A stretch of DNA of 63,983 nt, the filler included, from Lama guanicoe (taxonomy: Eukaryota): assembly GCA_013239625.1 (NCBI GenBank). It is 93 parts of 93 records of this genome, joined end to end, with 100 filler letters (N's around TTAATTAATTAA, not from the genome) between each part and the next. Parts side by side here need not be neighbours in the genome. Positions count along the whole stretch, not along the records: positions 1 to 530 come from PNXV01028627.1; positions 631 to 1,160 come from PNXV01028628.1; positions 1,261 to 1,839 come from PNXV01028630.1; positions 1,940 to 2,367 come from PNXV01028631.1; positions 2,468 to 2,999 come from PNXV01028633.1; positions 3,100 to 3,758 come from PNXV01028634.1; positions 3,859 to 4,148 come from PNXV01028636.1; positions 4,249 to 4,656 come from PNXV01028637.1; 85 more parts are not named here. One strand, given 5' to 3'. The notes beneath the pieces were generated by a model that searched no databases, was not told the DNA's origin, and saw only the letters and a program-made list of their open reading frames with translations. This document shows, in pieces, positions 1 to 10,510 of the stretch. Positions within the stretch are counted from its first letter, which is position 1, and each line of letters starts with the position of its first letter. Made by a program: the position numbers and the translations under genes.

Positions 1-379
1 ACCTTCCCTGCCCTTCCCTTTTCCACATCTTCACTATACCCTCCACCTCTCTCTTATTCCAGAGGATTCAGAAATCGTGGTCATGAGCATGGAGAGCAAA
101 GCACACACGGCATGGAATGAGATCAAATGTCAACACACTCTCTTTCGAACTACATGCATTAGCCCACAGAAAGTTCAAGCTCAGGGACAGAATTTTTCAC
201 TTTGAATCAGGTTTGAAGTTTTGACAATCATATGGTATCAGGCAACTTAATTTCTGGACCAGTGCAATTTGTATAACATATGCATAATCAGAAAAATTCC
301 TGACGTTTTGGGCAGTTGAAGGAAAAGAAACATTTCCACTGAATGAGTTTTAAAGGACCAAGGAAGACAAAAGTAAAAC

Positions 380-530
380 TGCTTCTATAGGTGTTTGTGC
401 CCCTTATTCCCCTGAATTTCCACATTGGAAAGCTAACTTCTAACGCAATGGCATTAGGAGGCGGAGCATCTGAGATGTAATTAGGTCATGAGAGTGGAGC
501 CTTCATGAATGGGACTAGTGCCCTTATAAA
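380..530 (+). mobile_element. MaLR LTR, MLT1A-like, 5' part
   Basis: TGTTTGTGCCCC...TTAGGTCATGAGAGTGGAGCCTTCATGAATGGGACTAGTGCCCTTATAAA matches the recalled MLT1A consensus. Confidence 0.8.
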
Positions 531-1009
531 NNNNNNNNNNNNNNNNNNNNNNNNNNNNNNNNNNNNNNNNNNNNTTAATTAATTAANNNNNNNNNNNNNN
601 NNNNNNNNNNNNNNNNNNNNNNNNNNNNNNACCTTCCCTGCCCTTCCCTTTTCCACATCTTCACTATACCCTCCACCTCCCTCTAATTCCAGAGGATTCA
701 GAAATCATGGTCATGAGCATGGAGAGCAAAGTACACACGGCATGGAATGAGATCAAATGTCAACACACTCTCTTTCGAACTACATGCATTAGCCCACAGA
801 AAGTTCAAGCTCAGGGACAGAATTTTTCACTTTGAATCAGGTTTGAAGTTTTGACAATCATATGGTATCAGGCAACTTAATTTCTGGACCAGTGCAATTT
901 GTATAACATATGCATAATCAGAAAAATTCCTGACGTTTTGGGCAGTTGAAGGAAAAGAAACATTTCCACTGAATGAGTTTTAAAGGACCAAGGAAGACAA
1001 AAGTAAAAC

Positions 1010-1160
1010 TGCTTCTATAGGTGTTTGTGTCCCTTATTCCCCTGAATTTCCACATGGGAAAGCTAACTTCCAACGCAATGGCATTAGGAGGCGGAGCATC
1101 TGAGATGTAACTAGGTCATGAGAGTGGAGCCTTCATGAATGGGACTAGTGCCCTTATAAA
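1010..1160 (+). mobile_element. MaLR LTR, MLT1A-like, 5' part (copy in the duplicate fragment)
   Basis: Same sequence as 380-530. Confidence 0.8.
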
Positions 1161-1260
1161 NNNNNNNNNNNNNNNNNNNNNNNNNNNNNNNNNNNNNNNN
1201 NNNNTTAATTAATTAANNNNNNNNNNNNNNNNNNNNNNNNNNNNNNNNNNNNNNNNNNNN

Positions 1261-1432
1261 GGTTATTACAAGATATTGAATATAGTTCCCTGTGCTATAC
1301 AAAAGAAATATGGTTTTTTAATCTATTTTTATATATAGTGGTTAACATTTACAAGTCTCGAATTTCCAAATTTATCCCTTCTCACCCTCTTTCCCCCGGT
1401 AACCATAAGACTGTTTACTACGTCTGCGAGTC
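1261..1432 (-). mobile_element. Young LINE-1 3' UTR (cetartiodactyl/camelid type)
   Basis: GGTTATTACAAGATATTGAATATAGTTCCCTGTGCTATAC is the antisense L1 3' UTR motif and is shared with 10178-10216. Confidence 0.8.
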
Positions 1433-2529
1433 TCAGAACGTACTCACCTTATAGCTGGAAGTTTGTACTCTTTGACTAAGAGTTGTAGGAATTCTTAAGT
1501 GTTCTTCCATCAAGTTCCTTCCTCGGTATGTTTTGTGGGTGCTTTCTCCCAGTCCTAAACTTGTCTATTAATTTTCTTACTGGCGAAGTTTAAAATTTTG
1601 GTGAGGTCTAATTTATCAATGTTTTCCCACTGTAGTTTCTGCTCTCTGTGTCTTGCCTAAGAAATATTTTCTTATCCTAAGTTGGTGAAGATATTAGGTT
1701 TTTTTCTAGATACTTGTAAGTTTATATCTATGATTTAATTCTAATTTTTTTACCAGATGCATACGTTGCATTTAATACTAAAATAATAACTAAAGAAAAA
1801 CATGTAGGAGTCAGTGGGAACATTACTGGCCTTGAAACCNNNNNNNNNNNNNNNNNNNNNNNNNNNNNNNNNNNNNNNNNNNNTTAATTAATTAANNNNN
1901 NNNNNNNNNNNNNNNNNNNNNNNNNNNNNNNNNNNNNNNTGGAGTATCATTTATCTACTGTGGTCCTAAAGGTGTTTATCTACCTAATATCTATGTTGTA
2001 ATACAACTTTGAAAAGAGAAAAAAGAGAGAGAGAGACAAAGAGTTTTAAAGAAAGGGAAAGTAAATGTTTGAAGACATTGTATAATGCATAAGAGAAGAG
2101 AAAGTTGATGCAGAGATTTGAAAAATAATAATAATAAAAATATTTTTGAAATATTTCAAACTGATAAAAATGGGGGTATATATAATTGCCTAAGAAGTAA
2201 AAATTAAGAGGGTAATAGAAAATGGAACATGTAAAAACAGATTAAAACAATGGGGTGGTATGTGTCCTCCTGGAGACTGTGTACGTTTAATGTGAACTCT
2301 TTGTGTATTCATCCTGGCTTGGAATCTCATCTTCCCGTTTTCAGAGGCCCTCCACTGGAGCCCTCAANNNNNNNNNNNNNNNNNNNNNNNNNNNNNNNNN
2401 NNNNNNNNNNNTTAATTAATTAANNNNNNNNNNNNNNNNNNNNNNNNNNNNNNNNNNNNNNNNNNNNTCTTCCTAATAAGAGAACCTTGATATTATTGAA
2501 AAACAGAGATGTTCCAAGATTAAAAAAAA

Positions 2530-2905
2530 AAAACTACATTTCCCAGATTTCCTTGTAGAAAAGTACAGAGTATTAAGGTAACTTTGCAAAGGAAGTTGAC
2601 TCAACTTGAAAGTGTGCCCTTTTGTACTTCCTCTTTCCTTTTCTTTCTCACCAGAAGTGGCTATGATGATCAGCACTGCAATAGCCATTTTAATTCTATG
2701 AGGAAATGTGGAGACTAGGAGCCATGTGCTAGGGAAAATGAAGCAGATGGAAGGAAGCTGGGACACTGATAATACATGAGCCACCTTACCAGGCTGGACT
2801 GTTTACCTTTAGGACTCAAGTTACATGAGAGAGAGAAACAAATATCTCATTTACGCCACTATTTTTCTGAACTCTCTTATTAGCAGCCAAACATAAACCC
2901 CAAGG
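2530..2905 (+). mobile_element. Old MaLR LTR (MLT1J/MLT1I-like)
   Basis: ACTACATTTCCCAG...GAGCCACCTTACCAGGCTGGACTG...ACATGAGAGAGAGAAACAAA...GCCACTATTTTT...GCAGCCAAAC resembles the MLT1 3' half. Confidence 0.6.
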
Positions 2906-3123
2906 ATGAACCAGCAAAGGAAGTTGAGGATTGGCCAGGGTAGCAGTATGGAAAGAAAGTGGGGTCCTAGAAGCTTAGTGTTTTCAAGAGGGAAACTGGN
3001 NNNNNNNNNNNNNNNNNNNNNNNNNNNNNNNNNNNNNNNNNNNTTAATTAATTAANNNNNNNNNNNNNNNNNNNNNNNNNNNNNNNNNNNNNNNNNNNNG
3101 TAGGCTGGTCCATGACTCTAGGC

Positions 3124-3331
3124 CAGACGTCAGCAAATTACAGTCCTCAGGCCAAATCTGGACCACCGCCTGTTTCGTAAATAAACTTTTATTTGAACAC
3201 AGTCGGGGCCATTCATTTATGTATTTACGAGGCTGCTTTTGTGCTACTGCCGCAGGGCTAAGTATTTGCCGAAGAGACCATATTGCCTGCAAAATCTAAA
3301 ATATTTACAGAAAAAAAATCTGCAGACCCTG
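3124..3331 (+). mobile_element. MER58A-like hAT-Charlie non-autonomous DNA transposon, near full length
   Basis: CAG..GTCAGCAAA...GGCCAAATCTGG..CACCGCCTGTTT.GTAAATAAA...TAAAATATTTACAGAAAAA...GACCCTG, with degenerate terminal inverted repeats. Confidence 0.85.
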
Positions 3332-4433
3332 GTTTCAGGAGAACAAATGGTCCACTAGGGTCTGGCTGGTGGCAGGGCGTCTCCCTCTGTGCTCTGGGAC
3401 ATAGTGGGGAAGATGATGTCACCGGAGCCTCCCAGGGCGAGAACCATGCTCCGGACAGGCCCAGTCTGCTCTGTGGGGAGAGACAGCCTTGCTGAGGGCC
3501 AAGGGTCTCACGTGGGCCCCTTCAGTTCCTGGTTTGGGGCTGCGGTGCTGGAGTGTCCCAGCAGAGCCTGGGAGGGGCTGGCCGTCTGACAACAACTCTA
3601 TTGTCTCTCTCTGAAAAAGACTGTGATATAATTCACATACACCCCTTTGAAGTTTACAATTCAATCGAACATTGTCTTTTAACCTCTTCGTCTCGTGACT
3701 TTTTTTCTTCCCACTTCCTGAAGCTACACCTGTATGAACTTGTTTTCTGTATAGATTTNNNNNNNNNNNNNNNNNNNNNNNNNNNNNNNNNNNNNNNNNN
3801 NNTTAATTAATTAANNNNNNNNNNNNNNNNNNNNNNNNNNNNNNNNNNNNNNNNNNNNTTATTTCAAGTAATAGCACTTTAACTGCACATCTGATAATCT
3901 CCATCAGACCACATTAACCCCAAACCACAGAAAATCATTCACTAATCGGAGTAGCTCCATGACATAACGGTGATGGATCAGGGAGTCCTGCAGCATTCCA
4001 GCCTGCAGGCACAAACCCCACATGTGCCCTGATGATGTCCAGAAAATAAAATGTATGGAAATATCTCACTGCTGGTACACGATAGCTGCCCTCAAATGTC
4101 CCAAAATCATGCTGGCAAAGCACTACTCAACACTCTCACTACAAAAAANNNNNNNNNNNNNNNNNNNNNNNNNNNNNNNNNNNNNNNNNNNNTTAATTAA
4201 TTAANNNNNNNNNNNNNNNNNNNNNNNNNNNNNNNNNNNNNNNNNNNNACCATCGAAGGTGATAGGGCTGAGGGGAGAAGACCACTGCGCCCGTGGGTAA
4301 CAGTTTGAACTTCTAATGACAAAAAAACTTGTCTAAAAACACATGTCTATAGAAGAGGCTAATACAACGGCAAGGGAAACAAAAACAACACATTCCCTAG
4401 AGAGACATCGAACGGCATGAACACTCACTTTAC

Positions 4434-4507
4434 CTGAGCCTCCACATCAGAATCAGGTGTCAGGAAGGGGCCAGGCCGAAGTTGAGACGCGTCAGTTCCT
4501 GCGTGGG
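4434..4507 (-). other. Candidate internal exon (74 nt) of an unidentified gene
   Basis: Minus strand reads ttttgtgtttttcag|CCCACG...GAGGCTCAG|gtaaagt. One open frame gives HAGTDASQLRPGPFLTPDSDVEAQ. Confidence 0.35.
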
Positions 4508-5702
4508 CTGAAAAACACAAAAGGGATGGAGGATTAAGCTCGCCTGCGAAGACTTTGCTGAAGAAACACAAACTTGGTGAGCCTTCCTTCCCCGTATCCC
4601 ACTCGTTCCTGCATCAGACCGAGTGGGAGACAGGTCTCGTGACCCTGAGGGAGACANNNNNNNNNNNNNNNNNNNNNNNNNNNNNNNNNNNNNNNNNNNN
4701 TTAATTAATTAANNNNNNNNNNNNNNNNNNNNNNNNNNNNNNNNNNNNNNNNNNNNAAAAGTAGAGTGAGTTCCATCAAACCCTACAGACAGGGAAATTG
4801 TAAAATTGATATTAAATTTCTTTTATTCAAATTTATGTTTCTTTCCATTGCAACGTGCGGCTTCTAGAAGGCAGTAAACATTTTACGAGATTATTGTTGT
4901 TTTTTATAGAGGTTCCTTATAGTCTTTTAACTTTTTAAAAGCACAGAAATAAAGATCCCACTTGATAAGAAGTCAAACTTCCTTGGTCCCCTATTTGTTC
5001 ACCACGTAAATTTGAATGAGTCGATGTTTTGAGCCATTTGCCTCAACTATAAAGATCGAACAAATGTAGCTCACTGCCTGTCTCGCAGAGATGCTGCGGG
5101 ACTCATGTTACAAGTCATGCAAAATGCCGGGTGTAACCAAGTATGACACTGTGCACACACCACTTTGGTTTAAGCTTTGATCCCAGAGGTGGTTGGCTAA
5201 TAACCAGCGATGATTTTGACATCATATCAAAAACGCGACTCCCCAGAGATGCTCAGACAAGAACTTCTCCTGATCAATGTTGAGATCCAACAAAAAAACT
5301 TTGCTAATGTGCATGATGAGAAGGAAAAGTGGGTATTCGTGGGGAAGGGCAGTAATTTATCAGTTGAAGCGATGAACGCTAGAAATGGGTTCTCGTCGCT
5401 GAAATGAAGGCTATTCAAGACACGTGGGTTATTCACTCCAGTTTGGACACATTCCCACTCTTGCTGGAACACAATACTATAGTTTGCTGAGTCCATCCCA
5501 TGCCCTTGATGAGCCGTTGATTGAGTTGGTGGTTGCAAAATATTGTGAAGGATCTAAATGCTAACTAATGGCTCACTGTAAAATGGTGATTTTTATGTGA
5601 TGNNNNNNNNNNNNNNNNNNNNNNNNNNNNNNNNNNNNNNNNNNNNTTAATTAATTAANNNNNNNNNNNNNNNNNNNNNNNNNNNNNNNNNNNNNNNNNN
5701 NN

Positions 5703-6216
5703 GTTTGCTATGTTCTTATATTTTCTGTCCCTTTGTTGAAATTCTTACTTTATTTGTACATTGTTCTCAGGAGAAAGTAAGAATTTGTGGGCATTTTTAT
5801 GACTATATTTTGAACATTTTTTCAGGTAAATCACTTATCCCCATTTCATTAAGGTCTTTACCTGTGATTTTATTTTTCAGTTGGAAACATATTCCTCTCC
5901 TCCTTCATTTTCTGTGATCCTTGCTGTGTTTGTTTTCTATACATTAGATAAAACTGCCACTTCTAGGCTTGAAGGACTGGTCTTAAATAGGAGATGAAAC
6001 TTGCCATCCAGCCCTGCCCTAGCTCTTGCTCATCTCTCAAACTTTTGTGAATGTCCAAGCAGCCTTCTCTGTCCTTAGTGGTACCCAGTAGTTGAGGATG
6101 CGCCAAACAGCAGGATCTCTGTCAGCCCCTAGATGGAGGCTGATTGGAAGCTGGACCCTCAGGTAGCAGCTTTAAAGTATGTAAATATACCTCTTTCTAG
6201 GGAATACTGGTCAATG
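5703..6216 (-). mobile_element. LINE-1 fragment (ORF1 5' region / 5' UTR, antisense)
   Basis: TTTTCAGGTAAATCACTTATCCCCATTTCATTAAGGTC...TGGAAACATATTCCTCT is typical antisense L1 ORF1-start sequence and is similar to 29680-29810. Confidence 0.65.
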
Positions 6217-6788
6217 NNNNNNNNNNNNNNNNNNNNNNNNNNNNNNNNNNNNNNNNNNNNTTAATTAATTAANNNNNNNNNNNNNNNNNNNNNNNNNNNN
6301 NNNNNNNNNNNNNNNNCATACACATATGTGTGAATGTAAATTAGTGAGGTCACACCAAACACACTACTTAGGTACATGGATTCAATTATACGCATCCACC
6401 CCACCCCACACACAAAAAGACATTCCACGCTTCACGTTTTATGCCACAGGATGTCAGCATGATTTGGGAGATCTAAATATTCTATGCCCTCAGTCAGGCT
6501 GGGTTCCTCCAAGTATCTTTCCATAGTGAAGCTGAGTCTAGTACGTGAACACGGGTATTTTTTTTTACATAACGGACCTTAACTCAAGCCACCTACTCCA
6601 TTAAATGTTCGACTAAAGCGAGGATGATCGGCTTCAGTGCTGGAGGGGAGAGAGGCTGGAAGTAGAATTGGGTGGAGGGAGGAGCTGAGCTGCACTGAAG
6701 CCTCAGGAAAGGCTCCAGCCAGTCCCATGTGGAGCTTAGAGCTGGGCTGACCCTCCAGAGTCGCCCTGAAGTCGCTCAATGACTGAGC

Positions 6789-6945
6789 ATGGGTGAGTCA
6801 TCTGAGGGGTCGGAGCCTCCTTGTCCTCACTGATTAAATGGGGGCTAAAGCTGCTAGGTTGTCTGAGAATTAATTAAGAGAGTGCATCTGCAGCACCTAG
6901 CATTCACCTGTTACCCAGCGAGCCTTAAATAATAGTTATTATTCA
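6789..6945 (+). mobile_element. MIR SINE fragment
   Basis: GAGCCTC...CCTCACTG.TTAAATGGGG...GGTTGT.TGAGAATTAA...GCACCTAGCA resembles the MIR core. Confidence 0.6.
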
Positions 6946-7674
6946 TCAGTATTATCATTCAACCAGCCTCTACTGCCANNNNNNNNNNNNNNNNNNNNNN
7001 NNNNNNNNNNNNNNNNNNNNNNTTAATTAATTAANNNNNNNNNNNNNNNNNNNNNNNNNNNNNNNNNNNNNNNNNNNNGCCAGAAACCAGAAGAGATGGA
7101 GCCACAGGGTGTCACCTTCACTTCCAGAGGAATGAAGGTACAGCCGTGTGTCCAATTCTGCCTCAAGGATGCTTTCTGCGAGTTAACGAGTTAACGAGTT
7201 AACGGGATGTGGCCTCTCCAGCTGTCTGTCCTCCCTCCTATCCCTCACATTCTTTCTCAACCCCTGTTTCCCCCGGTATCTGCCGCCTTGTAATTCTCAC
7301 TTGAAAAATTAGGCACATCTGTACAACACTTCCCAAGACCATCAGTAATGATGCTTCCACAGGCGAGTGCATGCAGTGGGACCAGTATCAATCCCTGAAC
7401 CCAGAAAACACTGCCCCTGTTCTGTGGGGCTGCCGTTGCATGGTTTGAAAGTGATAGAGTGACAGGAACTGCCTGTCACCTCTTCACAGCCAACAGGTGA
7501 CCCACGATACTGCAACAGACCCACTCCACTGCCCTGATGACCCTGCACACACAGACACCTCAAAGAACCAAGAANNNNNNNNNNNNNNNNNNNNNNNNNN
7601 NNNNNNNNNNNNNNNNNNTTAATTAATTAANNNNNNNNNNNNNNNNNNNNNNNNNNNNNNNNNNNNNNNNNNNN

Positions 7675-8267
7675 ACATTGGTTTCTTGGTAGCATGCTAT
7701 TTAGTTTCCATGTAATCATCACCACCCATCCCCCCATTTCTCTTTCTGTTGTTGATTTCTGGTTTCACACTGTTGCAGTCAGAAAAGATGTTTGAAATAA
7801 TTTCTATCCTCTTAAATTTGTTGAGGCTTGTTTTGTGACCTAGTATGTGGTCTAACCTAGAAAATGTTCTATGCACATTTAAAGGAAAGTTTATTCTGTT
7901 TTTGTTTGTTTTTAGATGTAGTATCTTGTTGATATCAATTATGTGATATCATGTTTTCTATTTTGTCATTTTTCTGTTTTTCTATTATGTCATTTTAGGG
8001 TCTCTGTTGCCTTATTGATTTTTCTATCTTGAAGACCTGTCCATTGACATCAGTGGGATGTTAAAGTATTCTACTATGATTGTTTCCCTGTCAATTTTCT
8101 CCCTTTACATTTGTCATTATTTGTTTTATATGTTTATGTGTTTCTATATTGGTGCATATAAGTTAATGTATATAACATCCTCTTCTTATATCGATCCCTT
8201 TATCATTACATAGTGTCCTTCTTTGTGTTTCTTTATAAACTTTGTTTTAAAGTCTATTTTGCTTGAT
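7675..8267 (-). mobile_element. LINE-1 ORF2 endonuclease-region fragment, decayed
   Basis: GTCAGAAAAGATGTTTGAAATAATTTCTATCCTCTTAAATTTGTTGAGGCTTGTTTTGTGACCTAGTATGTGGTC is classic antisense L1 ORF2. Confidence 0.9.
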
Positions 8268-8976
8268 NNNNNNNNNNNNNNNNNNNNNNNNNNNNNNNNN
8301 NNNNNNNNNNNTTAATTAATTAANNNNNNNNNNNNNNNNNNNNNNNNNNNNNNNNNNNNNNNNNNNNAGCCACCAAGTGGAGAAAGTTTAACATTGCATC
8401 ATAAACACTCAAAATTATTTACTTCAGTACTCAAATATCGTAGACATGCCTAAATGATGTATAACCCCTGAAAACTAAATAAATTTTATATTTCATATAA
8501 TCAATTAGTCCACCTAAATTTTAGTATCCAAATAAATCAATAGTATGGCATTATAAAATAAATACATCTTAAATCAATTGAATAAATATAAAATCAATTT
8601 AAATAAAAGCACAGGTAAATGTCAGGCCTTCCCCGATAACGCTCAATACCAATATTCATAAATGCTGAATGGTTAAAAGTTAAACAACAAAGTATGAGGT
8701 GGCAAATTCTGTGGAGAGTAAGTATCCATAGTAAAGGAGAATGACTGGACAACAGACTTAACACATACGCTAGTAAGTAAGGTGAACGTTTGCTCATTGT
8801 ATCTATGTCAGCTGTGCCTATGGATGATCTCATTGCCCAGGGGAGTAAGAATCTGTCTATACCATGGATATTAACCNNNNNNNNNNNNNNNNNNNNNNNN
8901 NNNNNNNNNNNNNNNNNNNNTTAATTAATTAANNNNNNNNNNNNNNNNNNNNNNNNNNNNNNNNNNNNNNNNNNNN

Positions 8977-9412
8977 ATATTCTAATTGCTGGGTTCCGCA
9001 TTCTAATTTCTAAATTCTATATTAATTATTCTGTATTCTATACTGTATTTTCTGTGTTCCGCATCCTATGTTCTAAATTCTATATTCAGTATTCTGTATT
9101 CTGTATTCCAAATTCTGTGTTCTGCATTCCATGTTCTAAATCCTGCGGTCTATATTCTGTTTTCAATATTCTAAATTCTGTGTTCTATATTCTATATACT
9201 GTATTCCATATTCTGCATTCCGTATTCTACATTCCATATACTGTGTTCTACATTCTATATTCTAAATTCGATATTCAGTATTCTGTATTCTATATTCCAA
9301 ATTCTGTTTTCTACATTCCATGTTATAAATTCTGGGTTCTATAATCTGTATTCTTTATTCTACATTTTGTGTTCATCATTCTATATTCTGCATTCCGTAT
9401 TCTATATTCTTT
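8977..9412. repeat. AT-rich satellite of degenerate 7-mers (ATTCTAT/ATTCTGT) with 63-bp and 189-bp higher-order periods
   Basis: CATTC.ATGTTCTAAATTC-type unit starts at 8999, 9062, 9125, 9188 (degenerate), 9251 and 9314. The 9062 and 9251 blocks match best. Confidence 0.9.
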
Positions 9413-10039
9413 NNNNNNNNNNNNNNNNNNNNNNNNNNNNNNNNNNNNNNNNNNNNTTAATTAATTAANNNNNNNNNNNNNNNNNNNNNNNNNNNNNNNN
9501 NNNNNNNNNNNNCATTTTTCAGAAAAGGGCTCGTCCATGGTTTGGCTCATCTTTATACCCCTGGTCTCAGGTGGTTCATAAGTAAGGCTCAGTCATCCCA
9601 CGAAAATACCTTCAGACTGCAGGTGCAGAGCCACTGGATTTCAGGGGGAGCTTCAGAGGGGGAGGTGGAAACTGAGAGCACTTTCTGTATTCTCACCACT
9701 GCTTCCACGGCCATGGTGTGGGATGGCTGTGAAAGTCAAAGCTAATGGGCCCTTCCTCTGTGATGGCACAGTGGATGAAAAAGCCACTTCTGAACAAAAC
9801 CTGCTGCTAAAGATTACTTCACAAAGGGGGAAAAACAGGTCACAAATGCCTCATTTAGCTTTCAGACTAGGGACAAGGTGNNNNNNNNNNNNNNNNNNNN
9901 NNNNNNNNNNNNNNNNNNNNNNNNTTAATTAATTAANNNNNNNNNNNNNNNNNNNNNNNNNNNNNNNNNNNNNNNNNNNNAGCAGCTATGGGGCAGAGGC
10001 TTGTCGCTTTCCCTCATAAAGCAATGTAACGCTTTATTG

Positions 10040-10280
10040 TTTTTCTTTTCTTTCTTTCTTTTTTTTTCTGAAATTGAAATAGTGTCAGTTACAATGTGTC
10101 AATTTCTGGCATACAGCATAATGTCCCAGTCATGCATATACACACACACATTCATTCTCATATTCTTTTTCATTAAAGGTTATTATAAGATATTGAATAT
10201 AGTTCCCCGTGCTATCCAGAAAAAAAGTTTGTTTTTTTGAATCTGTTTTCATGTGTAGTGGTTACAATTTGCAAATCTGA
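10040..10280 (-). mobile_element. Young LINE-1 3' end with poly(A) tail (camelid type)
   Basis: T-rich tail followed by AATTGAAATAGTGTCAGTTACAATGTGTCAATTTCTGG...AAAGGTTATTATAAGATATTGAATATAGTTCCCCGTGCTAT. Confidence 0.8.
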
Positions 10281-10339
10281 TTTATTTGTAATGTTTCATT
10301 TTTGACTCAGCTTATTACAATGTTTAGATGCATATATTT

Positions 10340-10510
10340 GAAATGTTGGAAATAAAGTATCCTGGAAGAGAACGTGAAAAGGATTTCTGAAGTGCTGATA
10401 ATATTCTGTATCTTAGGAGCCGGTCATCTGGGTGTGTTCACCTGTGACAAAAAACTCTGAGATACACATTTGTTAATATGTGTACTTTTCCGTATGTTTA
10501 GTTTGAACGA
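10340..10510 (+). mobile_element. Old L1 (L1ME/L1MC-like) 3' end
   Basis: GGATTTCTGAAGTGCTGATAATATTCTGTATCTT...GGGTGTGTTCAC...TGTGTACTTTTCCGTATGT. Confidence 0.6.

Larger units (their letters stand above)
1..1160 (+). repeat. Near-identical fragment pair 1-530 / 631-1160 (alternate haplotypes or recent duplicates)
   Basis: Both are 530 bp with the same ends. 8 substitutions at offsets 50, 55, 77, 102, 400, 426, 441 and 481. Confidence 0.95.

Noticed and set aside
3859..4148. Possible C/D-box snoRNA (TGATGA and CTGA motifs)
   Set aside because: The boxes are not in the right order and spacing with a terminal stem, and such short motifs occur by chance.
9054..9344. 96-aa ORF with repeated YSVF/FYI motifs resembling a repeat protein
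   Set aside because: It is a translation of the heptamer satellite.
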